From Phoronis australis (Eukaryota > Animalia > Phoronida), in contig NMRA01000879.1 in assembly GCA_002633005.1 (NCBI GenBank), forward strand, positions 1 to 64,000: a DNA stretch of 64,000 nt. The letters are read 5' to 3'. Of the stretch, positions 38,575 through 52,245 are shown one piece after another. The notes beneath the pieces are model-generated. The model was not told the DNA's origin. It was given only the letters and a program-made list of their open reading frames with translations, and did no database searches. Made by a program: the position numbers and the translations under genes. How positions within the stretch are numbered: the first letter of the stretch is position 1; each line of letters begins with the position of its first letter.

Positions 38575-40195
38575 AGGAGAATGCCACCCGATTTAATTAG
38601 TCTTCTTTGCCGTCTTAATCGGTCTATATCCACATCGCCTCGCATACGGTTGACCTTACCTTGCCAAGAGCTGTCGCGTTAACCTGTGAGGAAGGTGAGA
38701 AACGACGCTAGCGACGTCAATGGTTCATTTGCAAAGTGAATGTCGCTATGTTGCGGTGCATCGTTCCCGGTTGTCCGAACTAAGCAGCTGCGAGGAAAGC
38801 GGGTATATCGTTTTTTTACTTTCTCGAGAGTCCGAAATGCTTAGGAAGTGGCTCTTGGTAGTGAAGAATGAAATGTACGCTGTAAATAGTAAGTATGAGG
38901 CCGTGAAACATCTCCGTATCTGTGGCCTGCAGACGTCGACAGTGCCTGACGAATGCCGGCTTACCAAATAACTCCATACGTTCCGTTGTCTGAGCTTGTT
39001 CTCTAGTATTTTTTCATCACTGTATTCTTGTTCGAGTTGATAGCTTGTAAAACTTAACGATCCACCTGCGAAGTCGGGACTGATGAGCTCTAGCTCGTCC
39101 TAAGTCGGGATTGCGAGTTGCCATGTTGGCGTTTATTATTGAACGTTCTTTTTAAAAATGAGTTATTCTCACCCTAACGAATACTTATATAAAACTAAAA
39201 CAAAGTCTGTCTCATTAGATGCAATTTGTAATGCCTTTGGAGTGTTCGTGAGTGCAGCTGATTTGAGAAGCCAGCAACGAATAAATCACTGCGTTACTGG
39301 CTTTAGGTGCAAAACTAATTGACGGGACACCGAGGCCGTGTGAGCTCATAGTGTTTGCTGGCAGAAACTGTTGTGAAACAACTCGATTTCCATCCCACGG
39401 CAAGGTGTTAGGGGAATCTTATTATTTATATTTACATTACTCAAATAATGATTGTCAATGTACAACTTCTCAGTGCCCTGAGGGTGCTGTTGCCAAAGCG
39501 CCGGAACCTGAATTCGAGCCCCCCTACGAGTAAGTAGATTTGCAGTTTCGTGGTAATTCACCAACATAATCACGTGCACATCACTTTGACTCATTAGTAT
39601 AGTATTTTCTTCACTGGAAGTTTAGTTTCCACTGAACTTTGGCTGGTTTATGTTCGTGATGTCTGATCAGTTTCCGAGCCACTGGCCCGCCGGGATCAGG
39701 ACGAGTCAACGACTGCCGGCCGCGACGGACCTGATCGGGGCTCTGAGAGCCACTGGCCTGGATAACAAGCGTTTTGTGTTTAGAACTCAAAAAAACACAA
39801 GTCTAAACAACACAGATCTAGGAGTCATGTCTGTATCTCACGGATTGGCTTGCCGAACTTTGTAAGCTACGGTGTGTCCAAGTACCATCAAATCCGTAAG
39901 AGCAAAATAAAACAACATGTTTTCATAAGACCTTGGTGTATTTTTAAGGGTTTTACATCGAAGTTTGATGATTCATTGCTGTTAAACGATGATTTCAAGC
40001 GATAAGCTGACACCAGTAACCCGTGTTGTGAACTGCTGAACAGACTGATTGTTAAACCAATGACGCCATTGGATAATTTCAACACCTCCGTCTGCCGTCA
40101 TGTCTCAGGTAAAGCAACTGTACTTGTCGTTATGGAGTAGAACTACTCGATCTAAATTGATACAAATTAGGTAGTTTTTTGGGTGGCATGCTCCT
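38575..40195. mobile_element. Kolobok-like non-autonomous DNA transposon (1621 bp) inserted in Gypsy pol
   Basis: TTAA|AGGAGAATGCCACCC ... GGGTGGCATGCTCCT|TTAA gives a 15-bp TIR (1 mismatch), a TTAA TSD and RR...YY termini. Excision restores EVRAHLK|DMLQVGVIRPS. Confidence 0.85.
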
Positions 40196-42934
40196 TTAAG
40201 TGAGCTCTAACTTCATTCAACATGTTAGGATGAATAGAGCGATGTCGGTGTTTAAAAGGAGCATCGCTTGTCAAATGTATCTTATGCTGAGCCTGAGTAA
40301 CATTGCCAAGATCCAAATCATTCTGCGCAAAATACCTTGATATTCATTGAGTAAGCTTATGGCTCGGGCGCGCTGCTAAATACTTAAATCTGGGTTTATT
40401 ATGAACTCCCCAGTATTCTCAGCTGAATCAGAGCACGGAATTTCAGCTGCCGTCTTATCCACCGGTACCAAGCTGCAGATGTTGAACCAGCCGGAACAGT
40501 AACAGACTTACAACCCACATTCGTGACTCTAACAGGAATTATATGATCCCTAGGGTTAATCTCATGCAATGTGGGCCAAACCGGCAAGTTACTAGGAAGT
40601 GACAGTGAACCGTACTCTTGGGTGGTAACCTGTAAACTACAAGATGTACAAGCATCGACTAATTGGGACATTCCAGACAAAGGAAACATGTTTGTCAGGC
40701 TTAACATCGCTTGGAAGAGAAGTTTCACGATTAAAAATAACATTTTTAAAAAACTGCAACCATTCTGAACAATCGTCATTATCAACGACATCGATCAAAA
40801 CACGCAAAGCATTAGTACCCACCATAGCAGGAACACGGAAATCATAAGAAGTGTTTGGAACAACCAAAGACACTACATTAATTGACTCATCGGGATCGGG
40901 TATTCCAACAGTGACACTAACGTAACCCTTGTAAGGCAAAACTTCCCCGTTAGCGCACTCAACACGCAAAGGTGCAGTAATGTCTGAAATAGGCAGCACA
41001 GACAAACCAATATACTGACACTAGCTCTCAGAGATCGTACTTACCCTAGAGCCTGTATCGAGTAAACGTATACATCTCACATTTGCAATCGTGATTTCCT
41101 TTTCAAAGGACTCCCTTACTAAGCCTACTGAGGGGGCTTTCCATGCAATCGGTCTGATGCCCCTATGCCGACGACCGAGTGAAGTTTAAAGCAACTGTGC
41201 AATCGGCAGCTCTATGACCGTATTCATGGCACCGAAAACAAACGCCCGTCAAATCTGAGTAAAGAGTTGTCAGCCCTCACATCAGTAGACTTGATCTACT
41301 TCGAGTGAAACTACCTTCAAGTTTCTCTATTCTTATAGCCAAAGCATAAATCATGGTAACCATTTTGTCGGTTTTATCACCACTATCAACAGAGTGATGT
41401 GACAGCAATTTTCTGCTGAACTCAGTGTCTAAACGACGGGCCCGAATCAGTAGCTTGTCAAATGATTCCTCACTATAGTGTTCCACAAAATGCTTTAGAC
41501 CAAGTCAGTCGTCACTTGACATGAAACCAGACACAGAATGTGATTTTAGCACAGCCTCTTTCGGAATAGGGCATGATTCAGACAGTTTCATTTGAACTAC
41601 TAATCTCTCTTAGCGCCAAGCCCAATGGGTAACGCTTTCATTTTTCTCCCGTCTAGAACTGTATTTTTTTCCAACAGGTAACACATCACCGTATCTAGAC
41701 TTTAACTTACTAAACATTTCGTTTACAGACAAATCAGATTCAAGCAATTGAGCGGCACTGCGCCTTAACGAGCGTCTGATCGCTTGTTTCAGAAAACCAT
41801 CGTTTTGTAACGTAACCTACAAACACTAAACTTCGCATAACCACCGTTGAAAGGAAATGTTTGCGCTCTCACTATCCGAAAATGTGGGTAAGCAAAGAAG
41901 GTCATTATAAAAAACGTTACCCCATGAATTCACACTTCAAGACGCTAGATTACTCTCAACACTTCTAGTGTCGCCGGACCCAACGACATACGACAAAATT
42001 TTCTTTTGAACATGAGACGGATCACCTATCAGTGAAATCAACGATGACAATTTTCATCACTTTTACAGGTACAGTTACGGAGAAATGACTCATCAGTGCT
42101 AGTAGCTTTTGAAATTTTCAATTCGAAACCCTCGAAATGGTTCTTGCGTACAAAATTAACACACTTGTTAACCATTTTGTCAGAATCAAAGATTATGTAA
42201 AAGGTTAAGTTAACTCACCAAGCATGCTTAACCCCATTGCGAATTTCAGCGGGTAGAAAACTCAGCCTCACCATCCTCACACTCTGGCACGTCACTAACA
42301 ATCACACTTTTGTCACACAGCTAATCCATGAGAAAGGATGAAATATATGTACACGGATCATAAACAAATTTAGAATCACTCCAATAATGCGAGAAAACTT
42401 GGACCTACATGTACTGCACGAAAATAGACTCGCTTAAGAAATTAAAGAACTCTCAAAACAAGGCACATTAAATGAACTTATGTCAAGCAACAGTAACAAA
42501 AAACATTTTCAATGTCACAAAATGCTACTGAGTTCAGTTTTCATCAGGATAGGACGTAGTCAAACACATAGTCCAGAAAGTTCCGTTCTTGGCGACCACG
42601 AGGTTCTGTTCCAGACACCACCACGAATTTGTGACCACAATAGTAGCAAATTTAGGCAATGTCCTTTCCAATGAAAATTCTTACCCAAGCTGTGACACAA
42701 GTCAGTTAGCAGTTCATTTCACCATGTAAGGCCGTAGCACGGTCATAATTTTAAAGACGTCGTCAGCGAAAACGTGTGGTATGTTCGATTTACGTCGCTA
42801 TCGAAGTCCCCGACACATACAGTCGCGCCCGCAATTCCACGTAACAAGGCACATTGAGACGCAAGAATAACTGAACCATTACAACTAAATATGAATAACA
42901 ATATGCGTAAAGTTACTAACGTCCCGTCACATAC

Positions 42935-45510
42935 AATTAAGTAGTATCTAATGTAAGTATTCTAACACTTAGATATGCTATGACGAATATATAAAAGCAA
43001 AAATATGTACAGATTCATGTATGGAAATCAACGGAACATAAAAATTTACTAACGTTGCTTAGGAGGAATTCATTGAGAACGAGGTCCAGGTTAGGACTAC
43101 CATTAAATAATAATGTAACTCTAGTAGGGATATTATTACAAGAATTGAGAGTGTTAACAATTGATTGGTTTCCACCGAGTGCACGAAAGAGTGAGTCTCT
43201 CAGGTATTCGATGAGGGAACATTTGAAGAAAATATGTGGATAAGATTGAGGGTTACCACATTTACAATTTGAAGAGACATTACAAAACTTATGCCGAAAC
43301 TTGTCAGAGTTGAGGAAAAGGCCACATCTTGATCTATACAATGCTACTTCGTTATCGCGGGGAAGGTAGGATTTAATCAAGGTTGTTAAGTTATCAAAAT
43401 TGTGAAAAACATTTCCAAAATTATTTTTTATACTCGTAAAAGAGTTGCTTTCCTTAACAGAGACTGGAAGAGAATTCCAGTTATTGATGCACATCATGAC
43501 TGTAGACCTTCTGAATGCCTGACTGAACGACGGAGGAATTGCATATGGGGTGGAGGATCTCACATCATTACGAAGGCCTTGTTTAGTGCATAGATCAAAT
43601 ATTTTTTGACAGAGACGTTGTTGGTATTGTTTATTACTTTGAAAGTAAATGTGGTCATGTGTAGATTGCGTCGAGTGGCCACTTGAGACTATTCAAAACC
43701 TTAACACTATTGGATCTCCTGTAAGCCCCGGTTATGTGTAAGGCGGCTTGATATTGTAACTTCTCCAAATGTTGGAGTACACCCATATTGGCAAACTGAT
43801 ATATAATATCACAATAATCAATGTGTAGAAGTATAAATGATTTGAACAAAGCTTCTAAATGTGTAGAATTTAGATGACGAGAGACAAGCTCAAGTGGGTT
43901 GATTAGTTCCTGACTTTTTTGTACGAGCTCCCGAACGTGAGGTGTGAATGAAAGTTTTTCATCTTACAGTAAACCAAGATGTCTGTGCGACAGTTTTCTA
44001 GGAATGATTTCATCATTGAGTTTAATGTCATAAAACAGGTCAACAAGGAAGAGAGCATGAATAGATTTGGAGAAGGTGAGCGCATCGCTTTTTTCTGGTT
44101 TAAAATTAATTCTCCATTATTGTGACTAGTAGCTGAGTTTATTTAAGTCGTGTTGAAGCTGCGAATAACTTTCATGGCTGCTCCCTGCGAAGGGGTAAAA
44201 AATTGCTGTGTCATCTGCATAATGGTATGTGCTACATGACAGACTATCAGGAAGGTCATTAATATAAACCAAGAGTGAAGAGGGCCCAATACGCTACCCT
44301 GCGGTACATCTGCGTTTACAAATCCAGGAGGGGATAAAGTTTAAAGTACGCCGTCGACACGAACACAGTATGTTCTATGGGAGAAATATGAAGTGATCAT
44401 GTTTAAAGGATTACCAATAATGCCATAGGATCGAAGTTTGTGAAGTAGAAGGTTGTGAGGCGCACAGTCGACCTGACACTCTCCCCAGACTCAAAATGTA
44501 AATGAATCTCATGTACTATTTCAACAAGTTTGCCACGGTGCTGTTCCCAATCAAAAAACAAATTGACGATGATAGATCAAGTTGTTTTGTTTGAGAAATA
44601 TAAGAATACTTTGAGCAATGATCTTCTCGAAGATTTTGGATAGGGTGTTAAGTAAAGTTATTGGGCGATAATTTGAAATTTCAGTTTTGGAATCTTTATT
44701 GTGTATAGGGACTATAATTCCATGTTTCCAAGAAGACAGAGATGTTTACCTATCTGAAGAAGTTTGTTTAACATATGGGTCAATGGCATGTTATTGAGTT
44801 GGAAATCATTTTGATCATCTTGTTGGTGATTAAAGCTGTGCCACCATTCTTATCATTGGGGTAAATTTCATTGAGATACTTCCAGACATCAGTTTGATTA
44901 GCCGGGATATCAGACAACTCACCGAAACAACGTTCACGAAGAAAGGGAAAGTTACCTACGTCAGTTGGTGTAATGTGGCTTTTGTTTGTCAAAATTTTGA
45001 GAAACAGGTCCCACTTTTCACTACTACTAGAGGCTAGGTTATTATTGTGGTTGATTACTGGAAAAGAGGATTGTTGTGACTGCCGCGTATTTTATTGATG
45101 ATGTTCCAATATTTTTGGAGATTTTGCTTGCGTTGTAAATTTGTTGTAAGAGCTTGTGGCGGTGATCAGCTTTGGCTTGATTTACTAAAGTTTCTACCAG
45201 GCGTGACTGCTCCTTGTATCAGTTGTAGATTATAGTGTTGTTAGATCATCTGAAAGAGCTGTAAAGTCTGTTTCTTGTGCAGATTATGCGTTTAATATTA
45301 TTGTTAAATCACGGTTGGCTGTTGTGTTTAAAAAAACTGTTGAAGTCTTGTCTAAGATAAAATCAGCTTCTCAGTTGAATATTGGGCATTTTGTCGTTAT
45401 TCATGGTTCATTGTGGCCGATTTTGTTTCTTTACTGTAGTTATTCATTGTCAGTTATGGAACTGCCGTTTAGCACGTTTACAATGTATTTTACCCGTTTT
45501 GAAAAATAAT
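42935..45510 (-). mobile_element. 5'-truncated CR1/L2-group LINE, ORF2 reverse transcriptase remnant
   Basis: Motifs SNYRPITLLNTLSKIFEKII, VPQGSVLGP, YADDTAIF, IDYCDIIY and WNSLP, plus the C-terminal CKCG...HIFFKC zinc motif (ORF 43015-43563). Many frameshifts. Confidence 0.88.
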
Positions 45511-48500
45511 CTTTCTTGGGCGGCAGATCAAAGGGAGGCTGGGGGCTATAGCCCCCACTTATTTCAGTGCTAAACAGTCCATGTCTTGATGTAATAAATT
45601 TGGGTTGTGTGCTGTTACAACGAAATAAGTTGTGTGCCTCCGCACAGCAGGTCTCGTGTAGACAGAGGGCGTCGCAGCTGGCGTGCCTCGCTGGTTCCCT
45701 ACGTGCCCAGCCAGCACACAGGTCTTACGCAGTATCACAAGCAATTAGTTGATGTACATGTAACCTCGGCTGGTTAAGCTTTACAACAACATGAAAAAAT
45801 GGGGGATTATGAACGATATTTAGCCTTGTCGTGCGATTGACGTAGTAACAACTATTTCTTTCCTGCAATAACCTTTAATATCCGCTTGCTTGAAGAACAT
45901 CCATACACAAAGAACACTGACCGATTTTACGGGTGCCTTATTCATACTGTATGAATACAGGACAGTATCGTTTAAAAATAAAAAGTCATCGACAGTAGAA
46001 AGATGCATTCTGAAAAGGCGCAATCACAATTTCTGGGATTTACATTTCCTGAACATAATTTTTAAGCACCAGGTTGTCTGTACAGCAGACCACATTTACA
46101 CTTCAGCCATCAGTCATGCCAATTTGTTTGCGTAAAGCACAGTGAAAACCTGTCCTGTCATTATTCAACGGCTCCCGCACAACAGGGGATTGGGATTTTA
46201 GTTAAAATTTCTCGGCTGAGGGTCGCGCATTAAGTATATTAGATTAAGTGTGGTCCGAAATTTTGTGTGGGAGCGGGGCTGATCTCTTTGTCAGCGCACA
46301 ATTACATGTACACGGTGTGGGGATACTACAAAACGCCAACAAGTGACTAGTGTTGATCGGGGGGATTTCATATCCATGAGAAAGGAATTTCGTGTGTGAA
46401 AGAAGAATAATTGTAAGTTGGCAATTCCGAACAATGCACATGAAAGGAACTGAGTTCGTGTCCTTTGCTTTTTACTTTACAACATTCTCCTGTTTTTAAG
46501 TTGTATATCACAACAAGCTGGGCGGATGACCACTGTAACCAATATCTTACACTGACGACTGATTTTGTCCATTCTGGTAGGGTTGGAGGGCAGCTCTCTT
46601 TTGTTCGATAATTGCTCTAATTTTCGATAAGATCGTATCTTATATCCTCACCGGGCTGTGCTGTTAAAAATAAGTTAAGTTATAAAATGTTTGAACATAA
46701 ACCAATGACATTTCTGAATTGCCCATCAAATACTGGTCAAGCTTATATAGTTTTTGAATCACCAAAATCGACCAACTACAATCGAAGTTAAGACAATCTA
46801 TGCTGTCCAAACGTACCAACGTACTGGGTTTGACTGTGTTATAAGCCTGGAAGATAATTTATCTTCATGTTGTCTCACCAGATAAAAGACTATGCTCTGC
46901 AGTTAACAAGGGAGCTAGATGTTACCACACGCTCACAACCGCGATACTGAACGGGAACAACGCCCCCAATGAACTTTAAAAACGTGTCATTTATTAATAC
47001 GACACCAATGAGGTCATTTTCAAACTAGTTCACCTTTAATTTAGACACCCCATTAAATGCGACCCGTGTCATATTTTAATTTAAAAAAGTTACCCGGGGT
47101 CATTGTTCAACACTCAGTGAAAAGGCTTATTGGGGATCCAAGAAAGCACGTCCCGAGTGAGCGGTACGTCTCGTGGATATAATGTACTTGCATCGAGCGA
47201 CACGAATTAAATGATAAATTCTTAGTGACTACTTTTTAAGAAAAAAAAAATAAAACGCTCGCATTGGATCGACAAGCGTGCAGCTGCTCAGGCCCTGACT
47301 TTAGAATCTGTCAATGATTGCTTTCTTCTAATAGTTTGATATTATCCCTATCCACAGATTAACTTTTAAAAAAATGGATGTAAGTGCTATATCACATGTT
47401 TTTGTATGCTTCTGGAAACAATTACACTCTTCGACTTCTTTATATCTAAGATATCGCGCTTTGAATAGGAAAATTTACCCCGTTTGTTTACGTGACAATT
47501 AGCCGTGTCACGTGACTAGTAGCAGTCTCCAACATGACGTCAAGTTGTCAGCTGCAGTAGCGCGTGCGCCCGGTCTGTAGTATTTTAAAAAGTCTATGGC
47601 AGTGCCGGTTTTAGGGTGGGAAGGGGTCATGTCCCCCCTTAAATTCTCACAGACTCCATTTGACAGTTCGGGATGTGAATTGCTGACTGGCATATGCACG
47701 CGCCTAGGGGTCTCAGTAGCCGGAACGCACCATGTATAGCCTTACAAAAACCTTTTTTTCCAATACTCTTACTTCCCTAAAGTTTAGGCTGGGTGTGCAC
47801 GCGCGCTGGAATTGGCGAAATTCTGGTTATTCCTGTGCACTGCCCCCCACTCNCCCGCCCCCCCCCCCCCCCCTAATTCAAAATACTGGATCAGCCCCTG
47901 TATGGTCACGGGAAATTTTATTTTTAATAACCAAACTTGAGCCAGAGCACACTGGTAGGTACTTATGTCTTATTGGAACATCACTCGGCGACTTAATAGG
48001 ATTGTGAAATATGTAAAAAGCGCAAAAATACCCCTATTGCCACAGGCCAAGGGTCGAGGTTGTCGTGCTTCGTGGGTGTGGGGTCGAGGGGTTTCAGAGC
48101 AGTCCCTCGAATTGCCCAATATAGTTGTTGAAACAAGAATTTGGTACTTTTTTATTGTAGCGCGTCTTTTAGGTGAAATATCTGATCACCGCAGCAAGAA
48201 TACCCCACTGATAAAACTGACATTGCTTTGGCAATTTGGACCTGTACAACCGTACGGCGTAACCTGTCACAAGCAAAATCTTTTGTGATAATTTGGACAA
48301 ATTGTGCTAATTTGGACCTGTATCGCTCACACAAATCGGTACAACTTTGAAACTGAGGTAATTTGGGAGGTTGGGAGAAGCTGGGCCTGCACAGCGCTCC
48401 CATTTAATTGTGTAAGCACGCGTAATGTTCCAAAACGTGAATTAGCTGAGACAAATCCAAGATGAAGCTTAAATTTGTTTTAAATCCGTTTTAAAAAGAG

Positions 48501-50385
48501 ATTTTAAGATTGTCTTAGGGCTTTGACTTAAATTCTAAGCTTCAATTTGACTAATTTACTGGAACTAGAATTTTCATAATTGGAAGTCGAGACAAATCTT
48601 AAACTTAAGTCAAAAGTCAACTTAAGTCAGTTCCTTGAAGTGCGCCCAGAGTCTACCTTACATGCAAACTTAGGTACTTTCTTGTCCACTCCTACATGTA
48701 GATGAACATCGGCGGGCTGTAAGGTATTTTTTGAAAGAGTAACAGCCACTTACGCTTGTGTAACGATACGTTCCATACACGACATTGCCACTGGAACACT
48801 CTTGTTTGGGACAGACGTAGTCCGAGCTAAAAGATCAATGAGAAGCATTACTTTTCAAAAATACCACAATATGCATCATACAACTGGATAAAATGTACAT
48901 GTACATGAAGTGTTAAACATAATGTCAAAGATGCATTTTCCCCTCTTTAATCTACGAAATACGAAAATCCAGCTTCATGAAATTGGTCTGGTAAATGAAG
49001 TGTTCCTTGTGCTTCCCTACCGGTATCAATAATAAAATTCAAAGAATTATCGGCTCAAGAAACGCTTCTTCAGAGCTCTTTCTAGTGAATTAATCCTGAC
49101 ATTGCGGATTTAAAACTGACGCATGTACACACTTCCATTGACCGGAGTTGCCTGCTCAATCGCCAGCAGTCGGGTGAACTTGATAATGTTTCAAACTCCA
49201 AACCACTTAGTTTTAGAAAACAAAAGACTTCTAGTTGGAACTGCAGCAGTTCATTTACTAGAAAACGTTGGAGCACACAATGACACAGAGTGTTAAGTTT
49301 GGAAACGGGTTTTAACACGGTATGTGATACTACAGAAATATGCACATTTCTCTAATTTGGTAATATTTGATCTCCGAAATCGCCAACCGAATTCGTAAGA
49401 AACTCTGACCGATTTTTTTGTGCACGTTTCTCCAAATTTTTAAACGGTTCAATTTTGCACTGAATTTATCAAAAAGTTTTGTCGTTTTTATTAAGCGCCA
49501 AAATTACATGAATGAAAAACGAACTGATAATTTAGAAAACTGGAACCGTGTTTTTGAGATTGAACCTTGAGAATTTGTATTAAATGCATTGCAGTGATGT
49601 TACCGTTCTTTTGCTAAGACAGCGCGTTTCTTTTCTCTTAATTTCTACGAATAGGACATGGACATTCAACCCATTGGGAAATTGGTAAAAAGTCAAAATC
49701 GAATTCTACAGACAATATATGTTTACGGGTATCGACATGCTTATTTAAAGAAATCAAATTTGTTCAATTTGACTATGGCATTAAAAAATCCTTAAGTCCT
49801 CAAAGTGTACCACTTCCAGTCTTGAGGAATTCCGTTGACTTATTATAATTACAGGACAGGCGGACGCCCTCTGCTGTGCTTTCGCAATACACGACCCATG
49901 CATGCAGCAGCGATCCAAGCACGAGAGGAAGCATATCTCCCTCCTCCGTGTATACTAATTGAAAGATAACATGGCTTAATGAACATGATTTTGAAAGACT
50001 ATTCAAAACTTTCACTATCTTGACCATCTGCATTCAAAAGGTATCTGTGCACCACCTACGGCGTTGGAACAACCGTTTGTGCAGGGGTTGTTAAGTTTCT
50101 CCTATGTACACGTACTTCTCTTCACAACTGTCCTCCTCACAACGAACGTGATTTATTTCCCCGCGAATACTGTCTTTTAATACGTTTGTCCTTAGGATGT
50201 ACTACCGTATGCCTTAGAATCGGAGAGAAACATCGAGCTAATAATCAGACTCAATTAATGAACGCCTCAGCTTTTAAGAAACCTTAGCAACGGTATGATT
50301 GTCAATGCGTAGCATGCTTTTAAGTGCGTTAATCCTGGCCCACCGAGGATGTCCGCCATCGGACAATGCACATATGTATCAAAGC

Positions 50386-50712
50386 AGTGGCGGACCTAGG
50401 ATATCATAAAGGGGGCCCAACATCTCAAAATGTTGCTTCGGGGAGTTAGGCAAAGCGCGAGTGTAAACGCACAGGCGGCCCGAAAGTTGCGGGGGCCTTG
50501 GATGTGAACGTTCGGTTCAGGAAGTCTATAGGTTGACTAAGAAAAGGAAACGCTATTCGGCGCAATCTGGAATCTTAACCCCCCCCCCTGATAAAGTGCC
50601 GGTTCCTAAACCCTGAACCCAATATTTTCTCCCTGTTCACACTGTTGCTGGTTGGTGTTTCATTTCGCTTGCGGCAGCCAAGGGTGGGGGCGCCCCTTTA
50701 AATTCGCCTATG
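50386..50712. mobile_element. Possible hAT-like MITE (CAGTGGCGGA...TTCGCCTATG)
   Basis: GC-rich imperfect inverted termini. No TSD recognised. Confidence 0.35.
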
Positions 50713-52057
50713 GAAAGTGTTATTTCTCCAACTCTCTACTCGACTGCATGGTAACTATTACCCCCGTCACACCAGAGGTGCGGTGCCCTTACAGTTTTTG
50801 GTCAGAACCGCCATCACGGCAGCAACATCCTCAATAGTGTTTCATAATTTTTCCCTACCCGCCTACATGTGTTTTTCTTCCCGCCACGAGATCGCTGTAC
50901 GGTCGCCAGTGTACGTTTTCGGCGATTGCACTTTGGTTGTACTGCCACGGCGATGATGACGGCGTCGCGGTGATCCCACTGCGGATTGGCCCGACCCGCG
51001 GTGGCACTGTGGATGTTTTGAGCGCAGCATTCTTGACACACCTTCGTTTCCAAGTCGTCATTTTTCCCGACAGACACCTCGTTGTCGGGTAAAATGTATT
51101 GCTTGTTTGTTTGTTGTCATTTCCCAAGGGGGCGGAGCTTGCCATATGTCGATTCCTAGGACGTGCGGTATAACACGATACTTGTGGATGAAAGGCCATC
51201 GCCATACATTGGACGGTGTGCGTAAACTCCATGTACATTTTACAATAAATTTGGGATCTTGAGTTAGTACCTCAGTCCAGTTGAACATATTTAATTTCTT
51301 TGATTCCAATTTTTCCCATTTCAAATGTATAATTTTCAGATAGTTGACAAAATAAATAGACTTCGCTGCGAGATCTTACATAACCTTGAATTGTTACTAC
51401 CATCTTAATCACTAAGGTCGGATCATGGAAGCCTATGAACGAATTTAAAGCTTACTAATCCCAGTGATGTCGTATTTTCCGATTTCTTATTTTGCAAAAA
51501 TTGCAAACCAAACGCGTAAAGATTTGACTCTATTTCCAGCTTACGCATACAAACAGCGCATCTTCGTTCTCCCTATTTCATCTTTATTTAGTTGAGAAAA
51601 GCATAAATTCTTAGTGTAGAGACGTTTCAACTGTTGCGATAGTTACTGCATTGAGATTATGTTTTATTAGTACTCCTAACCATTCCCTGGAAGTGCTTTT
51701 GCAAATCAGTGTATCTTAAAATGTGTTAGATTTGCCTTGTCAAACTACGAATGCGGACCACTCACTCCTTAATTACAGCCACTGCACGTGACTGTATGTG
51801 TGTTTTTTAGGGTTATCAAATTACCTTTTATATGTTGCAAATACGAACATGTATACAAAGTTCATATACAAACAAGATTTTGGTGAATTTATGAGGAGAA
51901 GCAGTTAGTGTTAATGGACTTGGAACTGATAGATTTTAATATAATGAAGCTTACTTATCTTGCTTGTCATGGAACTTAGTGTTACACGTTATAGTCGACG
52001 CGGATAGAATCTTCACAATGCAACCTGAAATGATGAATCACAGTTTAACGATAACAA

Positions 52058-52245
52058 TACATGCGTGCACCCAGGGGGGTTAGGCTCTTCAGGCTCGAAG
52101 GAGCCCCTCCCCCCATTTGGCGAAGTGGGCAAAAAGGTATGCCTCTGAGAGACAAAAAGTCTGAGAAAATGAGGAAAAAGTCCACTAAACATGCTCAAAC
52201 GCGCAAATCGCGGTGGTGTTCCCGTTTCTTTTATCAGTCCGCCTG
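52058..52245 (+). mobile_element. MITE-like dispersed repeat, same family as 8562-8800
   Basis: Direct sequence similarity to 8562-8690. Confidence 0.6.

Larger units (their letters stand above)
33643..42930 (-). mobile_element. Near full-length decayed Ty3/Gypsy retrotransposon with PNMA-like gag, interrupted by two DNA elements
   Basis: gag KQAIRRSLR (~41.77 kb), zinc knuckle CFRCHEYGHRAADC (~41200-41241), protease LLDTGS (~41050), RT (38128-38565, LDMKSAYWQ, RLPFGL, LLDD), RNase H (~37.4-37.75 kb), integrase HHCC region (36720-37340) and core IHCDQG/TTPYHPEGNSQCER (35063-35510). LTR starts TGTGACGGGACG at 42930 and 34710, and PPT TAGGGGGGAGGA abuts 34710. The left boundary at 33643 is tentative. 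Confidence 0.88.

Noticed and set aside
38575-40195. piggyBac assignment because of the TTAA TSD
   Set aside because: The termini are AGG...CCT rather than CCY...RGG, which fits Kolobok better.
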